Source: the human T2T-CHM13v2.0 reference genome, Homo sapiens. Taken from it: DNA of 64,000 nt. The stretch is from the NCBI RefSeq assembly GCF_009914755.1, contig NC_060938.1; one strand, written 5' to 3'. How positions within the stretch are numbered: the stretch's first letter is position 1; every line of letters starts with the position of its first letter. The notes below the pieces were generated by a model. The model was not told where the DNA came from and made no database searches. It saw nothing but the letters and a program-made list of their open reading frames with translations. The translations under genes were made by a program, and so were the position numbers. Positions 13,350 through 25,850 of this stretch are shown here, piece by piece.

Positions 13350-14050
13350 CGATTTAAAAACTGACTTTCTCCTTATTTTCATCTTTTGGATTGTCATTGT
13401 TTGTTCAGTTATAAAGTGGCTTGTTGACACCAAATATTTTAATAATTTGATTCCAAGGCTTTGTGCCTATGCCTTTGAGATGCTGGTGTAGTAATTAAAC
13501 TGTCTTTTAGCTGAAATGCTTGCAAAGCGTCCAGTTCTGTGCCTGGCAGCTGGTGATGCATTATAGAGACATTGAGCTAATCGATTAAAACCGCAGAGGC
13601 ATGGGAGTTGTCTGACAGCACTGTACTAGGATGAAATTAGTTGGAATTGCATGGTGAAATTAAGGGGAATGCAGCTGATTGCAGCCCTTCTGGGAGAATC
13701 CTGGGTGAGAGGGACACTGTGCGTTGATCCCTGCGTAATTAGGACAGCCATGTTTTAACCGTATTTCTAAAGTATTAAAATGGACTGGATAAATCAGCCG
13801 GGCTGCTTCCAGTGAACTTGGCATCCATCCACTGTGACTGAAATAACATGAAATTTTTCGGCTGCTAGAGAATGTGAAATTGGACTAATTGTCTTTTAAC
13901 TAGTCTGCTCGACTGCTAGCCTGGAGCGGGACTGAATAGGGGATAGGCTGGTGGGACTGCAGCTGGGGGATGGGAAACTGAGATTCATGACTATTATTTC
14001 AGTCCATCTGAATGGATAACACCATCACATATGCAGACGGCTCTGATTTG
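13350..14050. promoter_or_regulatory. Candidate developmental enhancer / conserved non-coding element
   Basis: No recognisable repeat; retained CpGs; clustered TAAT, TGACAG and CAGCTG motifs; conservation not verifiable here. Confidence 0.4.
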
Positions 14051-15889
14051 TACTGTCTCATCATGAGAATCCCTTCCTAAATATTTTAAAATCCATTTTA
14101 AAGTGGATGCCTTGATTCGAAGACTACAGAAGCCTAACCCTGTTCCTTTGACTTACATTATTGCTCATTCCATTCTTGAGATTCCCCTAGAAAAATGAGA
14201 GATTTAAGAAACTTGAAAATTACTCATCAGCTGTCCACATGTGACTCTGCCCCACAGTCTATTATGAGCACATTGTGCAGAGAAGGGATGCTGATGCATA
14301 TTACTGATTCTATGTATCAAACAAAGGCTTGTTCCATAATTGCTGAATGTTATGACTGGTCCATCATTCACACTTTACATGTGATTAAATAGAGAGCCAG
14401 AGAGGATAAATGACATGCCCACGGTCACAGAGTAAGGTCATCTAGGGCCCAAGATTACTATTCTGCTGTTCATTTCATTGTAGTGAATTGCCATTGTTAC
14501 CAGCAGGTAGTAGTGTTTGGCTTAGCATTACATTTTTCTGTGGATCCATAAATAAAGGCAGAATTTCTATGATATAGGCGTTATTAACAGTCTTCAAGTA
14601 TTTGGGTTATCCTTCTTTCTTTAACTTGATTGAGGTCACTCAAACTTACTGAAGTGCTATCACTATCAATTTATGTTTCTAGAATATAAAGCACATAGAC
14701 AAACATACACACAAATGACACTTCAACAAGTCTCACGGAGGCATAGGAATCATCTGACCACATTTTCTTGCCTTCAGAAAGGCATATTTCCTTGTCACTA
14801 TCTATTCTTGTACAGGTGACTCTTCACAAACTATTGGAAAGCCTCATACTAGACTGTATCATTTTGGTCCATTAGAGAATTTCTCGAGTTGAATTGTGTT
14901 GTGGCATCAGACTTAGTATTTAGGGGAATCAGACAAAATAGAAAGAAAAGAGGAAGACCACTAATCATTGTGCTTACCGTAAGAAAGTTGTTGTGGGCAT
15001 CACATATCAGATTTTCTTTCTCTGAGGACCTGTAGAAAAGGTTTCTCTATGGTCCTATAAAGGAGTGGTTAGGCATCTCATAACTAGTGTGTCTTTAAGT
15101 CATGGATCCCGTAAACCCTGTGAGGATCAGAATTGTGGCCTCCTCCTATCAGGTTCAGAAGACTTCTTTGCGTGCACATTACTGTTTAATACTTTGTTTA
15201 TCTTCCTCTTAATTCACCATCCTTTTTCTCCTTTCTTCATATGTTTTATTTGTTGTTCAATTATTGTATCATGCTATATTGTTTGCATCTTTGTAAACTT
15301 ATTTAAATCTTTTTCAGAATAAAGCGTAGTATTAAAAATAAAACAATTCTTACACATGCTGTCCTCATCCCAAAGTACAGCCAACAGATATTAGAGGAAG
15401 AAACTACAATATTAGGGGAAATGTACTTCTCTATCCCCTGGATACCTCGCATACCCTCATGTTTGGCTGTATTTTGGGGTCATACTTTAGATGACATAAG
15501 AGCTATTGTTTCTTCATAGAAACAGTGCTCTATTTTTTTTTTTAAAGATTCTTAACTCTGCATAATTTCTGCAAACTCCAGAATTTCAAAAAATTTATAG
15601 GTAGAAGCAACCCCAGAAATGCATTACACAGATGAGTAGTGTGTGCCAGTATGGGTAGGAAGCTGTACATGCAGGTCAGTATGAGTATGATACTAATAGA
15701 AATGAAAAGCCTCTATGTATAGATGCTTGATTTGAAGCCACAAATCTGCCACATTATATGCACTGTTTATTATTAGACAGTAATCAAATTACTGGCAGAA
15801 GACAACTCATTACCTTCAAAATGATTTTTTTTCTCCAAATAATGAGAAAGAAAGGAACTGTTTCTTAAGGAAAAAGCAAATTCACATTG

Positions 15890-15968
15890 CATAATATGTA
15901 TTGTTTATGTGTACTTTCTATGTACCTGTCACTGGTCTACATATTTCATATCTATATATCTATATCTA

Positions 15969-16011
<43 letters not shown>

Positions 16012-16165
16012 ATAATCTTCTCAACATCTGCCTGTAGTAGTTATAAGCTCCCTCATTTTGCGGATGATGAAGCCAACCCTTATAGAGGTGAAGTACCCCG
16101 CCTGCAGTCCTGCACTCACAGAGGTCAGATGTGTCCTATAGAGCCCACGCTGTAACCACTATGCT
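15890..16165 (-). mobile_element. MIR fragment interrupted by a TCTA microsatellite
   Basis: cctcattttgcggatgatgaagcc...agaggtgaagta...gctgtaaccactatgct. Confidence 0.6.
15948..16014. repeat. Compound (TATATC)n/(TCTA)10 microsatellite
   Basis: Perfect (TCTA)10 at 15971-16010, preceded by TATATC units. Confidence 0.95.
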
Positions 16166-16879
16166 AGTGTGCACTTTGGAAACGTCCAAGGAGATGGAAA
16201 ATATATGACTTCCTAAGTGGCTCTCATGCACATTTATTCTCCAAGATTAATTAAGGGGCTTCTGGAGCACTCATGTTTCCATTCCTAGCATAGTCATATG
16301 GAAAATGAGAACATACTTTAAATAAAATATCCACTTGGCACTCAGAGCAACTTAAGGATCTGATTATCAGAAGTTGAACTCAAATGGCATGAGGAATGAA
16401 AACACATGAATGGGAGTCAGAGCTGCCGTAGTCAGAAGCTTGGTTCCCTCCATGAGTTCCCACCTCTTTACACACAGATGAAAAAATGACCTTTCTGATT
16501 GCTAATCAAATGGGAACATTAGTGACCATCATTAGGTTAAGAACTAAGGATTAATTTATTGTGCATTTAAGATGACCTGGAGAATAGACAGCATACTCCG
16601 TAGTTATTGAGTAAAATATTTTCTCCTTCCAATTCATCTTGGCTGTATAAACTCAATGACCCATCTCTGGAATGGCAGATGGGGCCAACAGTCAACAACA
16701 ATGAGGCCCAGGGATGCTGTTACACTCAATTCCTCTCAAACACGTGTTCCACACTTACAGGTTAGTGAAGAAGCTAGGTCTCAGGTTAAATGGACTTACC
16801 ACAATAACAACACAATATATTGAGATAAGAAAAAAGATTCTGCCTCCTTCTGCAACCTTGTCTCTCTCACAACCCTGTG

Positions 16880-17330
16880 ACACCCTCCTGTTACAGATCC
16901 ACTGCTTCTCTTTCTCTGTCTTGAGACATTTGTACCTGCAGTGCCTACTGCCTGGATTACTCCCCATTCCCCTACCCTTGCTCCCTTTTGTTTAGAAGCC
17001 TAAATCTACCTCACTTTTTAAGGAGTCCAAATAGAATTGAAAGCTTTATGTATGCCACTCCTTCAACTCCTCCCACTTTCCTCCTAGGTAAGACTGAATT
17101 TGTTGCACTCTGCCAGGAGCACGAGCAGTGCCTTGTAACCTTCCCCATCCCAACCTATCCTACCCTTAACCTTGTCATAGCACCCCTTACACTGTTTTAT
17201 GGGATGTCTTTGTTAGTTTGTCTCCCCTCCCCAGGCTGATGAAACACTTGAAGGCAGGGACCATGACTCTTATCTTCCCTGTTGTGCTTTTAATGCATGG
17301 TATGTGCCTGAAATACAATCAATGAGTTGA
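16880..17330 (+). mobile_element. L2 fragment
   Basis: tttgtacctgcagtgcctactgcctgg...tgtctcccctccccaggctg...cttgaaggcagggaccatg. Confidence 0.6.
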
Positions 17331-19719
17331 GTTCCAAAGATCAGGTAGCCAGTTAAATGGCTATAGCAGGGCTCACCCCAGCCTCCTGAGTCCAGGGCTC
17401 TTTCTACTTCTTTCACAGGTCCTACATAGATCAATATTTTTCCTACTGTATTTCCTCAATAGAATTTCATATAATTATATCTCATACTTGGTAGAGTTGA
17501 TTTAACTTAATTACCTTCTAGAAAGTTATATCGCATTATGTGAACAATGCTTTTATTCATTCCTTTATTCATTCTGCCAACTATCTGTGGATACAGAGAT
17601 AGTAATCATAGTTGTTTTAAAAAAATTCCATGAGACAGATAAACAAACAGATAATGGCATTGTGCTGTGTTCATGCCCCCAAATGCTTTCTATTGAAAGG
17701 ACTCTTAGTTTCTAAATACTTGTGCTTATTGAATGCGGGTAGTTATCTCCTTGTGGGGTTACCGAATATCGGCCTGAATGAGTGATTCTGCCATCTCCTC
17801 TCTAGTGTTGTTTCTTGCTATTATAAGTGATGATAGCATGAATGTGAGGGCTTTTCTTGGCACTTTTTTTTTTAAATCAAAAGTTGGCTTTCTTCTTAGT
17901 TTTTTTATTAGGTAGTCTCTAAGTGCACCAGTTTCTTATAGCCTTCTCCACTATAGTTAGAGGATTGACTTGCTCTGACAATGTGGTTTCTGAAATCACT
18001 ACTTTTCCCACTGTGAAGAAGATAGAAAAAGAAACAAAGGTATATCCCTTTGATGCAGTGAAAATATGATATTTCTCCATGGTAAAAGAGCAGCCGTGAT
18101 TTCCTTAAAAATCATTTCCTAAGTGGGAGTTGGGCTACTTCCTGAGCAGAGAATGGTGGTTATCCCTGGAGTCATCCAAAAGATACATGGTTAGCAATGC
18201 TCGGGAAAAAATCTAATTTGCAGATAGGATGTTTATCTTTAGATAATAAAAGCCTGGAAATACAATTTGTAATTTTAAAAATAAAATATAGGAATATAGA
18301 AAGAAAGAAACTTTTCCCGTTTGGAGTTATTCGTGGGAGAAAAAAAGTGATGTGAAAGTGGTTTTGGAATAACCATATCTCTTGGAAATGCTGTGAAGCT
18401 TTCTTCTTTTTATTGTATGGGCATCTTGCTGCAAGCTCATTTTGTTGTTAAACATGAAGTTTTACAATGTAGATTGCACTAAGAATTTTTTAATGGAGCA
18501 ATTTAGAGCAGCTGCAAACGGCTCTGGAATTCCCACGGATTAGTCTACAGACTTTTCTGTGATTACAAATCCCACAGTCAGAGGAGGTGAGGCGTGTAGG
18601 TCCTGGGAAGGTGGGGGTGTGAGCAACTGAGCAGGAAGCGAGAAAGAGAGACTAACCGACAGGGCACACACATGGACAGACTGCCTGGCTGACTCCACGT
18701 GGCTGCTGTTACCTACTCCATGCCCTCCTTGTTTACTTACCTCATCTCTTCCAAGTTAAATTACTAATTCTCTCCATATTTACTTACCCTATTCCCTCCA
18801 CCTGCATCCCTCTCCTACTACTTAGTGCAAGTCCAATACTGTATCTACATCACGCTTTAAGTCCAGGACTCATCAGAATACCCTTAATCTGGTTTCCTGT
18901 CACAGTTTGGAGAAGGGGTTAGAATTCAGAGCTAATAATTCATTTTCTATATGAGAAAATGGATACTGAGACCAAATACAAACTAGAGCAGGGTGAAAGA
19001 ACTAGTTAAGGTTGAAATATGGACTAGAACCATCGTTCCTGGAATTCAGTGCATGTACATTCCACCAAACTGGCATATTATGTTCTATTATTTTGTACTT
19101 GTCAACTTATTGTTTTATTATGTTTGCAAGTAACTTTGTGTATGCAGTTTTTTTCTTCCCTCAAAATCAGTTTTATAAGCACACCAACCATATCTCTTAG
19201 TTGCACTATCTAGTATTTATTGATTACTATTTATATGCAAATGACTTTGCAATCCTTTCCAAATTTTGCATTGCAAACTTTCTATGAAATGGATGTTAGT
19301 CCAGAAGAGGAAACTGATTTAGAAAGGTTAGATATCTGTACAGTTTGGCATGGGTCGATGTGGGAGGGCCAGGTCTGCCAAGTCCAGGAGTCTCAGCCCT
19401 TAATAGCCAGTTCATGGTCTGCATTCTTTGTCAACACTCTACATTGTCTTCTCATCTGCTTTGGCCCTTGTGCATTTTTCATACATCCTCTGTGTACCCT
19501 CAATATGTGTTAAGGCCAGACTTTGAGCATCTGTCTTTTCCAAGACTTTCATATTTCATAGTCTCACAAAGCCATTTGTCCCCATCTGATCTAGGTTATG
19601 AACTTTGGAATGGGCGAGCATGTTCCCCAGGCTGGACCAGATTGGTCACAGATGGTTATATGGAAATTATTAATATGGCAATTTTACTTCAAAAATCCAT
19701 TCTATACAACCACATGCAT

Positions 19720-19990
19720 TGATATGGGTGAGTCCTAAACATGATGTTGAGTGAAAGAACCCAGAGGCTAAAGAGTCATACTGTACTATTCATTTTATAT
19801 AAAGGAAAAATAAACACATCTAAACTATGATGTTAGAAGTCAGGAGAGAGTTTACATTTGGTCAAGCAGAATGCGGGGGAAGAGTTTTTGGGGCTACTTG
19901 TTGGTTACATGTGTGTACATTTTCTAAAATGAATCAAACTATCTGCTTATTACATTTACTTTTCTGCATGCATATCATACTTCAATCTAA
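19720..19990 (+). mobile_element. Old L1 (L1ME-like) 3' UTR fragment
   Basis: aacatgatgttgagtgaaagaaccc...catactgtactattc...tgttagaagtcagga...atacttcaat. Confidence 0.65.
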
Positions 19991-20269
19991 TCATGCACAT
20001 GTACACACACCCACAAAGCAAAATATCTAAAAAATCTATTGTACACATTTAAAATTATTATGGAACCTGAGTCTAGAATGAACCAACGTTGGGGAGTGCT
20101 CAATCATGAGATTCCAATTAGCACAGTGCCTGGCATATAGAAGGTGGTCAGTGTTTGTTGAGTGAATAGAAGAAATAAAACACTAATCTTATGAAATTAG
20201 AATGCCATTCATAAAGTGTAACTATGTGTTTCCCAAGTCACTTACGGAGAGAAATAGTGATACCTAACA

Positions 20270-20492
20270 TTTTTTTTATGTTGGAGATGCCAAGTACTGT
20301 GATTAAGTGTTTCACACAGATTAGTGTACTTAATCCTTATAATCCAAGAGGCACGCATTTTTATCATTCCCATTTTGCAGATGAGAAAGTGGGGTGCTAA
20401 AGGAGTGTTTTTCTGAAAACATGTGCCTCGTAAGTTTTAGAGTCAGAATTGAATACAGGCATTCTGATTCCAGAGCCTTTGCATTTGACCAT
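20270..20492 (-). mobile_element. MIR
   Basis: gtactgtgattaagtgtttcacacagatt...cccattttgcagatgagaaagt...gaattgaatacaggcattctgattccagagcc. Confidence 0.75.
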
Positions 20493-20607
20493 GATGATGC
20501 TGTTATATATGTATGTGTGTGCATGCGTGTGTGTATGTGGTATCACACACACATATAAAATTTGTTATCTTCTCCAGCCCTGCCAAAACATGGTGATGAC
20601 ACCCTGC

Positions 20608-20736
20608 CCCTTTTAAAACCTGAAAGATGGCTTTAGTAATCTATCCTTGGCCCTTTTAAAACCTGAATGATGGCTTTAGTAATCTCTCCTTGGCCCTTTT
20701 AAAACCTGAAAGATGGCTTTAGTAATCTATCCTTGG
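20608..20736. repeat. 43-bp tandem repeat, 3 copies
   Basis: cccttttaaaacctgaa(a/t)gatggctttagtaatct(a/c)tccttgg x3; copies 1 and 3 are identical, copy 2 has 2 substitutions. Confidence 0.97.
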
Positions 20737-21033
20737 CCAGGTGCGGCGGCTCATGCCTGTAATCCCAGTACTTTGGGAGGCTGAGGTGGGCAGATGGCCT
20801 GAGGTCAGGAGTTCAAGACCAGCCTGGCCAACATGGTGAAACCCCATGTCTACTAAAAATACAAAAAATTAGCCGGGCATGGTGGGGCATGACTGTAGAC
20901 CCAGCTATTCAGGAGGCTGAGGCAGGAGAATTGCTTGAGCCCAGGAGTCGGAGGTTACGTTGAGCCGAGATTGCACCACTGCACTCTAGACTGGGCAACA
21001 GAGCAAGACTCCGTCTCAAAAAAAAAAAAAAAA
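20735..21033 (+). mobile_element. Alu (AluSx-like), full length, with TSD
   Basis: ggccaggtgcgg...; A16 tail; TSD aatctatcctt / aatctattctt. Confidence 0.97.
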
Positions 21034-22549
21034 TCTATTCTTGTCTTTACCCCAGAAATTGGCTGTGTTTCTTTTTAGCCTGTTGGTATTTCCCATCAAA
21101 ATGCTGTCACTACCAAGAAATTCCTGTCTGATACGCCCATCTCAGGCTTCAGTTTCCCCATGGATGTTGTCTTTTGTACTTCTGACCATCTTTTTAGGGA
21201 GGTGGAGTTAGAAGCCTTTTTTCTACATCCATTTGGGAGCTGCCTGTTTCATGGCCAGTCCCATCAGGAAAATGATAGACTCAATACATGTTTAGTATTT
21301 TTATTATAAAGCATTAAATATATCTATCACAGCTTTTAAAATTGCCTGGGTTCATGTTACCTGCCAAGACTGTCCACTATTAGCCTGAAGGTTTATGTAA
21401 TATTCACAGTTCAGATTATCAATATAAACCAAAACTCTAGAAAATAGACACTAGAGATATGAGCATGCTTTTCATTCCAGGATTGTATTTTATTGTTTGG
21501 GTCTGGAATGGAAGTGGAGAGGAAATATCCCAAACAGGGGTTATTACCCCTAGGAAATACGGCAAAACTAGGGAGCAACCAGCCTGCAGTATATAGAATC
21601 TTCGAGAAAGAGGGGCTAAGTGTGTTTTTCTTCTGTGCAAGTGTACACTTTATGGGATGAATAGCATATTTATTAAATTCAAATATATGTGTGAATAAAT
21701 GGACATGTGCTTAATGCCAGCAGGCAGCTGTGTGGGTGAGTTAACAAAATATGCCCCAGTGCATCTCAGCAGTTGCATTTCCTTCCTGTCAATTGTATAA
21801 TCAACTGGTTGTTAGTCCAGGAAGCAACAATAGTAACAATAACCTTCTTGCTCTACCGTGCACACTAAAAAAGAATTTTTTAAAATTGCATGTTGAATTT
21901 TTTAAAGGTGGTTTGCTTTCTTCCATAACTGGATGCTTTGCCCAGCATCTGGTTTGCCACAGAGCTCAGAGAATGATTTTGTGGGAACTTGATATTTCTG
22001 CTCCAGGCACCAGAGAATAGAACTCGGCAGCATCTGCATAATCCCTTTGTAATACAGTAAGTTTAAAGCGGCAGCATAATTGTCACAGGTTTCTAAAGAT
22101 ATACACAGAATGAAGTAAAGCAGATTCTGGATTAGAAGGGGCTGCTTGGATCTTGCCCCACTTTTTATGACTAGTTTTATGAATCAGATGGCAAGTGGAA
22201 TCTACAAGTGGTATCTAGCTGTACCTCTCGGTGTATCTAGGCTTTGCAATACGAATGGCTTTACTCTGTAAGGAGAATGGAAACTACCGATCTCATTCCA
22301 TTTTGAATTGTAGGTTCAATTCACCCTATGGAGCCAGAGGGGAAAGCACAACCCCATGCTTAATTTACTAGGCAGTCTAGCTTCCAGTTCTAGAGCTTAA
22401 AAGTATATCAGCTTCTGTTTAGATAACAGATGAGGATGCTGTTAAGAGAGAAGCATTATTGAGGTGTGGTGATAGCACAGATAGGTGGCCGTGCCTAACT
22501 TTCTATATCATGTTTTTAAAGGCCTTATATCTCAGCCTGGACTTCATGT

Positions 22550-23240
22550 AGGAATATCAGGTTTGAGGTGAATCTGTTTTCTCTGATGGTAATGCAGGCC
22601 AGGGCCATATTAAACAAGCAGTCTGTCATTAATATGTTCAAGGTGTCAGAAAGTAAATGTTGATTTTATCATTGTGGCCTGGATTTATTTTTCTCTAGCT
22701 TCAGCCTCAAGATGAGGATGAAAGAAATGAATTTGTAATAGAAAGAGGTGAGGAAGAAATTACTAATTAGTTAAAAATTAAATGCTAGAGATTTTGTTTG
22801 TTGTGAAAGTCAAACAGGATCCGCTGGCTTTATATTTTTGAGGTATTCCACTTTCTGTTCAGGTACAAGCTGTCAATCAAGGCTAATCAAACTGGCACAG
22901 TTAACATGATACATCATAAAATTTCACAATCATGTCAACCTGTGATTCTGTCAATCTGATTAAGGGAAATGGGCTAAAAACAATATTGTCATTTTATAAT
23001 AACACTCAGAAGGTATTACGGAATAACGGTACTGTCAGCTCCCGTGTCTCCACGCCTCACTTCTACCAGAGGCAGCCCTTGCTGCCGACAAATAGCCAGG
23101 GGATCAAAGCCATTCCTTGTTCTCACCACTCATGAGGCTTGGCGTAGGGCTGCATAAGTGGAGAATGCTGCCCCACAGCATTTTGCCGGTCTAATTTCTT
23201 TGATAAATCAAAAAGGATGCATTTCAGAAAACAGTGTCAG
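22550..23240. promoter_or_regulatory. Candidate TALE/HOX enhancer
   Basis: Perfect CTGTCAATCA (reverse complement of TGATTGACAG) at 22870-22879, near copy at 22948-22957, further CTGTCA sites. Confidence 0.4.
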
Positions 23241-25399
23241 TATTTTATACTCCTTGCCTCATGTAGTATAATATACATGGGCATTGAATACTCTTATTTA
23301 TTCAGTCAGCATACTTATTATGCATATGTTCTCTTTTTATGAACTTACATTCCAGGGTGTTTCAAAAGCATCCGTTTGAAAAAGCATTGCAGTTAACAGT
23401 AAAACACAGGCTACCCGTTGCACCAACCAATAAAACATGGCTCCCTCTGCAAACTTTATGTAGTGCTTTGCAGCCCCAGGATATCATGGTCCCTCATTGA
23501 ACTAGGAAGGATAATAGACTCTCAACTCAGGAAGCCCCTAGATCTGGGCTCTGTCCTCGACGTTTTCTGAGAATCCTTGCCTGGACACGTGAACTCCCTT
23601 CAGTTGGCAGGTCTTCCTTGTGGCTAGTGTGGCTAGATTTTAATTATTAAATATTTCTTTATCGTGAAAAAATAAAAATCACCCCTTCATATTTCTACTA
23701 TAGATATACCCTCAGATATTTTTATTTTAAATATGCCCTAAAATATGTTTTACAGAAAAAAAATTTACAGAAGGAAAAGATTGGCCAGTCAGTGATTTTC
23801 AGTTTTTATTTTTTGTTATTTTTTTAAAGCCAAAGAGACTTCCTGCAAAGACGACTTACCCAAAAACATAAACAAAAACAGATAAAGTAGAACTTCTTTA
23901 GTTGTTGGAGGGGGAGTCCGCATTCAACTCCCTCTGACCCTTCTTTTCATGGGGCACTTTTTGTAAATGGCTAAAGTACATGATTTCTAGTGTCCCATTC
24001 AAATAATCCCCATGTATTCTTGTGGAATGTATTTTGTTGCTCTGATGCAAGACAAATTCTTTCAGGGAAAATGTCTTGGTGAGGTCTTAAAGTTTCAAGA
24101 GACTGAGAACTTTCTAGGTTACTAGAATCAATGGGGAGGTATTCAAGTTGCACAGGTATATGAGGAAGACCAGGCAGCAGTCTCAGCTTGTTAAATGAGT
24201 GTTTGGATTATAATTTTCTTGCCGCTTGATTCCTAGGAGCTCTCGTGACCCATCAGATATTCTGGTCATTATTTCCTTAGAACTGAGCATCTCTTGCTGG
24301 CCACCTGTACTACACTATGTCCATGTTGCTCTTGACGAACCCTAATTTCTCCAGCTGGCTGCATTCTTTGCTTACTCATAGTTTAATGATGAAAAATCTT
24401 AAGATATAGAAAAGAAAACTGGAGTCGAATTGACTAGGAAAAATATATGAGAAATCAATTTGAAGGTATGGAAAGAGTTATTGTAAACTTAATTTATAAG
24501 CAGAAAAAATAAAGGTGGGCATGGTAGAGGTGTAAGATCCATACCTTCTCTGCCCTGCCCCTTTTCTCAATAAACATTTATTGAGCATCTTTTTAGGATA
24601 AAAAGTGTTGATAGACAAGGAAGATACTGTTAAAACATTCTAAAAACATTTTCCAAAGAATATGTTGTGAGTGATTTAATGAGCATAATTGAGTGATTTC
24701 AAAAGAGGGGAAAGAAAACACTTAGGATGGTAACCAGTTTTTCCTTGATCATTTTTAAGAAGAGATATTCAATAATATGGTGGAAAGCCTAATACAACGC
24801 TGAGTAATAGATGTAAAGGGAAGACTTCTCATGAACGGTAGACATGTTAACTTGAAAAGGGTGGAGGAAAGGATCTTATGATTGTAAAAGGTTAGTAATT
24901 AACTGAAAAGAGATATACAAAATTCCAAAAACTACAGTGCCATATTTTGTGTTATGGTGAAGTTCAAGAGGTCAAAATAATACTAATTTTACTTCCAGCA
25001 ATAGTGAAGAGTTTAGAATTAATTAGCCAGAGTATTAAGGTAATCTAAGAAAATAAACAGACATTTGTCAGTAATTGGATGGCTCAGGGTAAAAGAATCT
25101 TTGGCCACTGGTATATGGATCATTAATGCAGCAGGACAACATTTATTAAATAGTGTAGGCAACCTGCTGTGCAGGTGCTAAGTAAGGCAAGATATGTAAG
25201 AGGAAGTGCACACAAATAATCACAGGACAAGGCTGAATAAGATGGTACCATGAGAAAAACACAAATTTTGTGCAACTGAGGAGGGAAAGCTTGCTGCCTG
25301 CCTGGGTAGCTGGGATGGTCTATGGAAAGGGTTGGAGAGGTTTCTCATTGCATTTAAGCTATAGCCTAGACGTATTACCTTGAAGCCATGGTCTTCCCT

Positions 25400-25850
25400 T
25401 GGACTGCCTCCCTAGCTTTTGCTTTCTCTCTATTCTTCACCCACATTGGTCTTCTTTCAGTTTCTAGAAGTCTCCATGTTCTTTTTCTCCACTGCCTACA
25501 GACATATTTACCTTTTTCTGGAATGCTCGATCCCAGGGCCTCATTTTTTTGACCTAATTTTACTTTGGATCTTACTTTCCATCTCATCTGAAATGTGAGT
25601 TCCTCAGGGCAGCCTCTTTGATGCTCCATTTTTGGTCTTATTGCTTTGTTATACACTCTCAGTGGCTCAATTCCTTCCTTCATAACTCTTCTAATTATAC
25701 AGCTGTTAGTGTGATGCATTGTTGAATAAGTCTCTTCCACTGATTGGAAGTTCCATGAAATCAGGGATAGTATTTGTTTTTGCTTGGCTCTATATTCTTA
25801 GTATTGTGTGATCAGCATGTATTTAATCACGTGATGATTTAAATAAACTA
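25400..25850 (+). mobile_element. L2 3' fragment
   Basis: tctctattcttcac...tttttctggaatgctc...tcctcagggcagcctctttg...gattggaagttccatgaaatcaggga. Confidence 0.7.

Noticed and set aside
20608-20736. 43-bp repeats as a CRISPR-like array
   Set aside because: Head-to-tail tandem units with no spacers, in primate DNA with no cas genes
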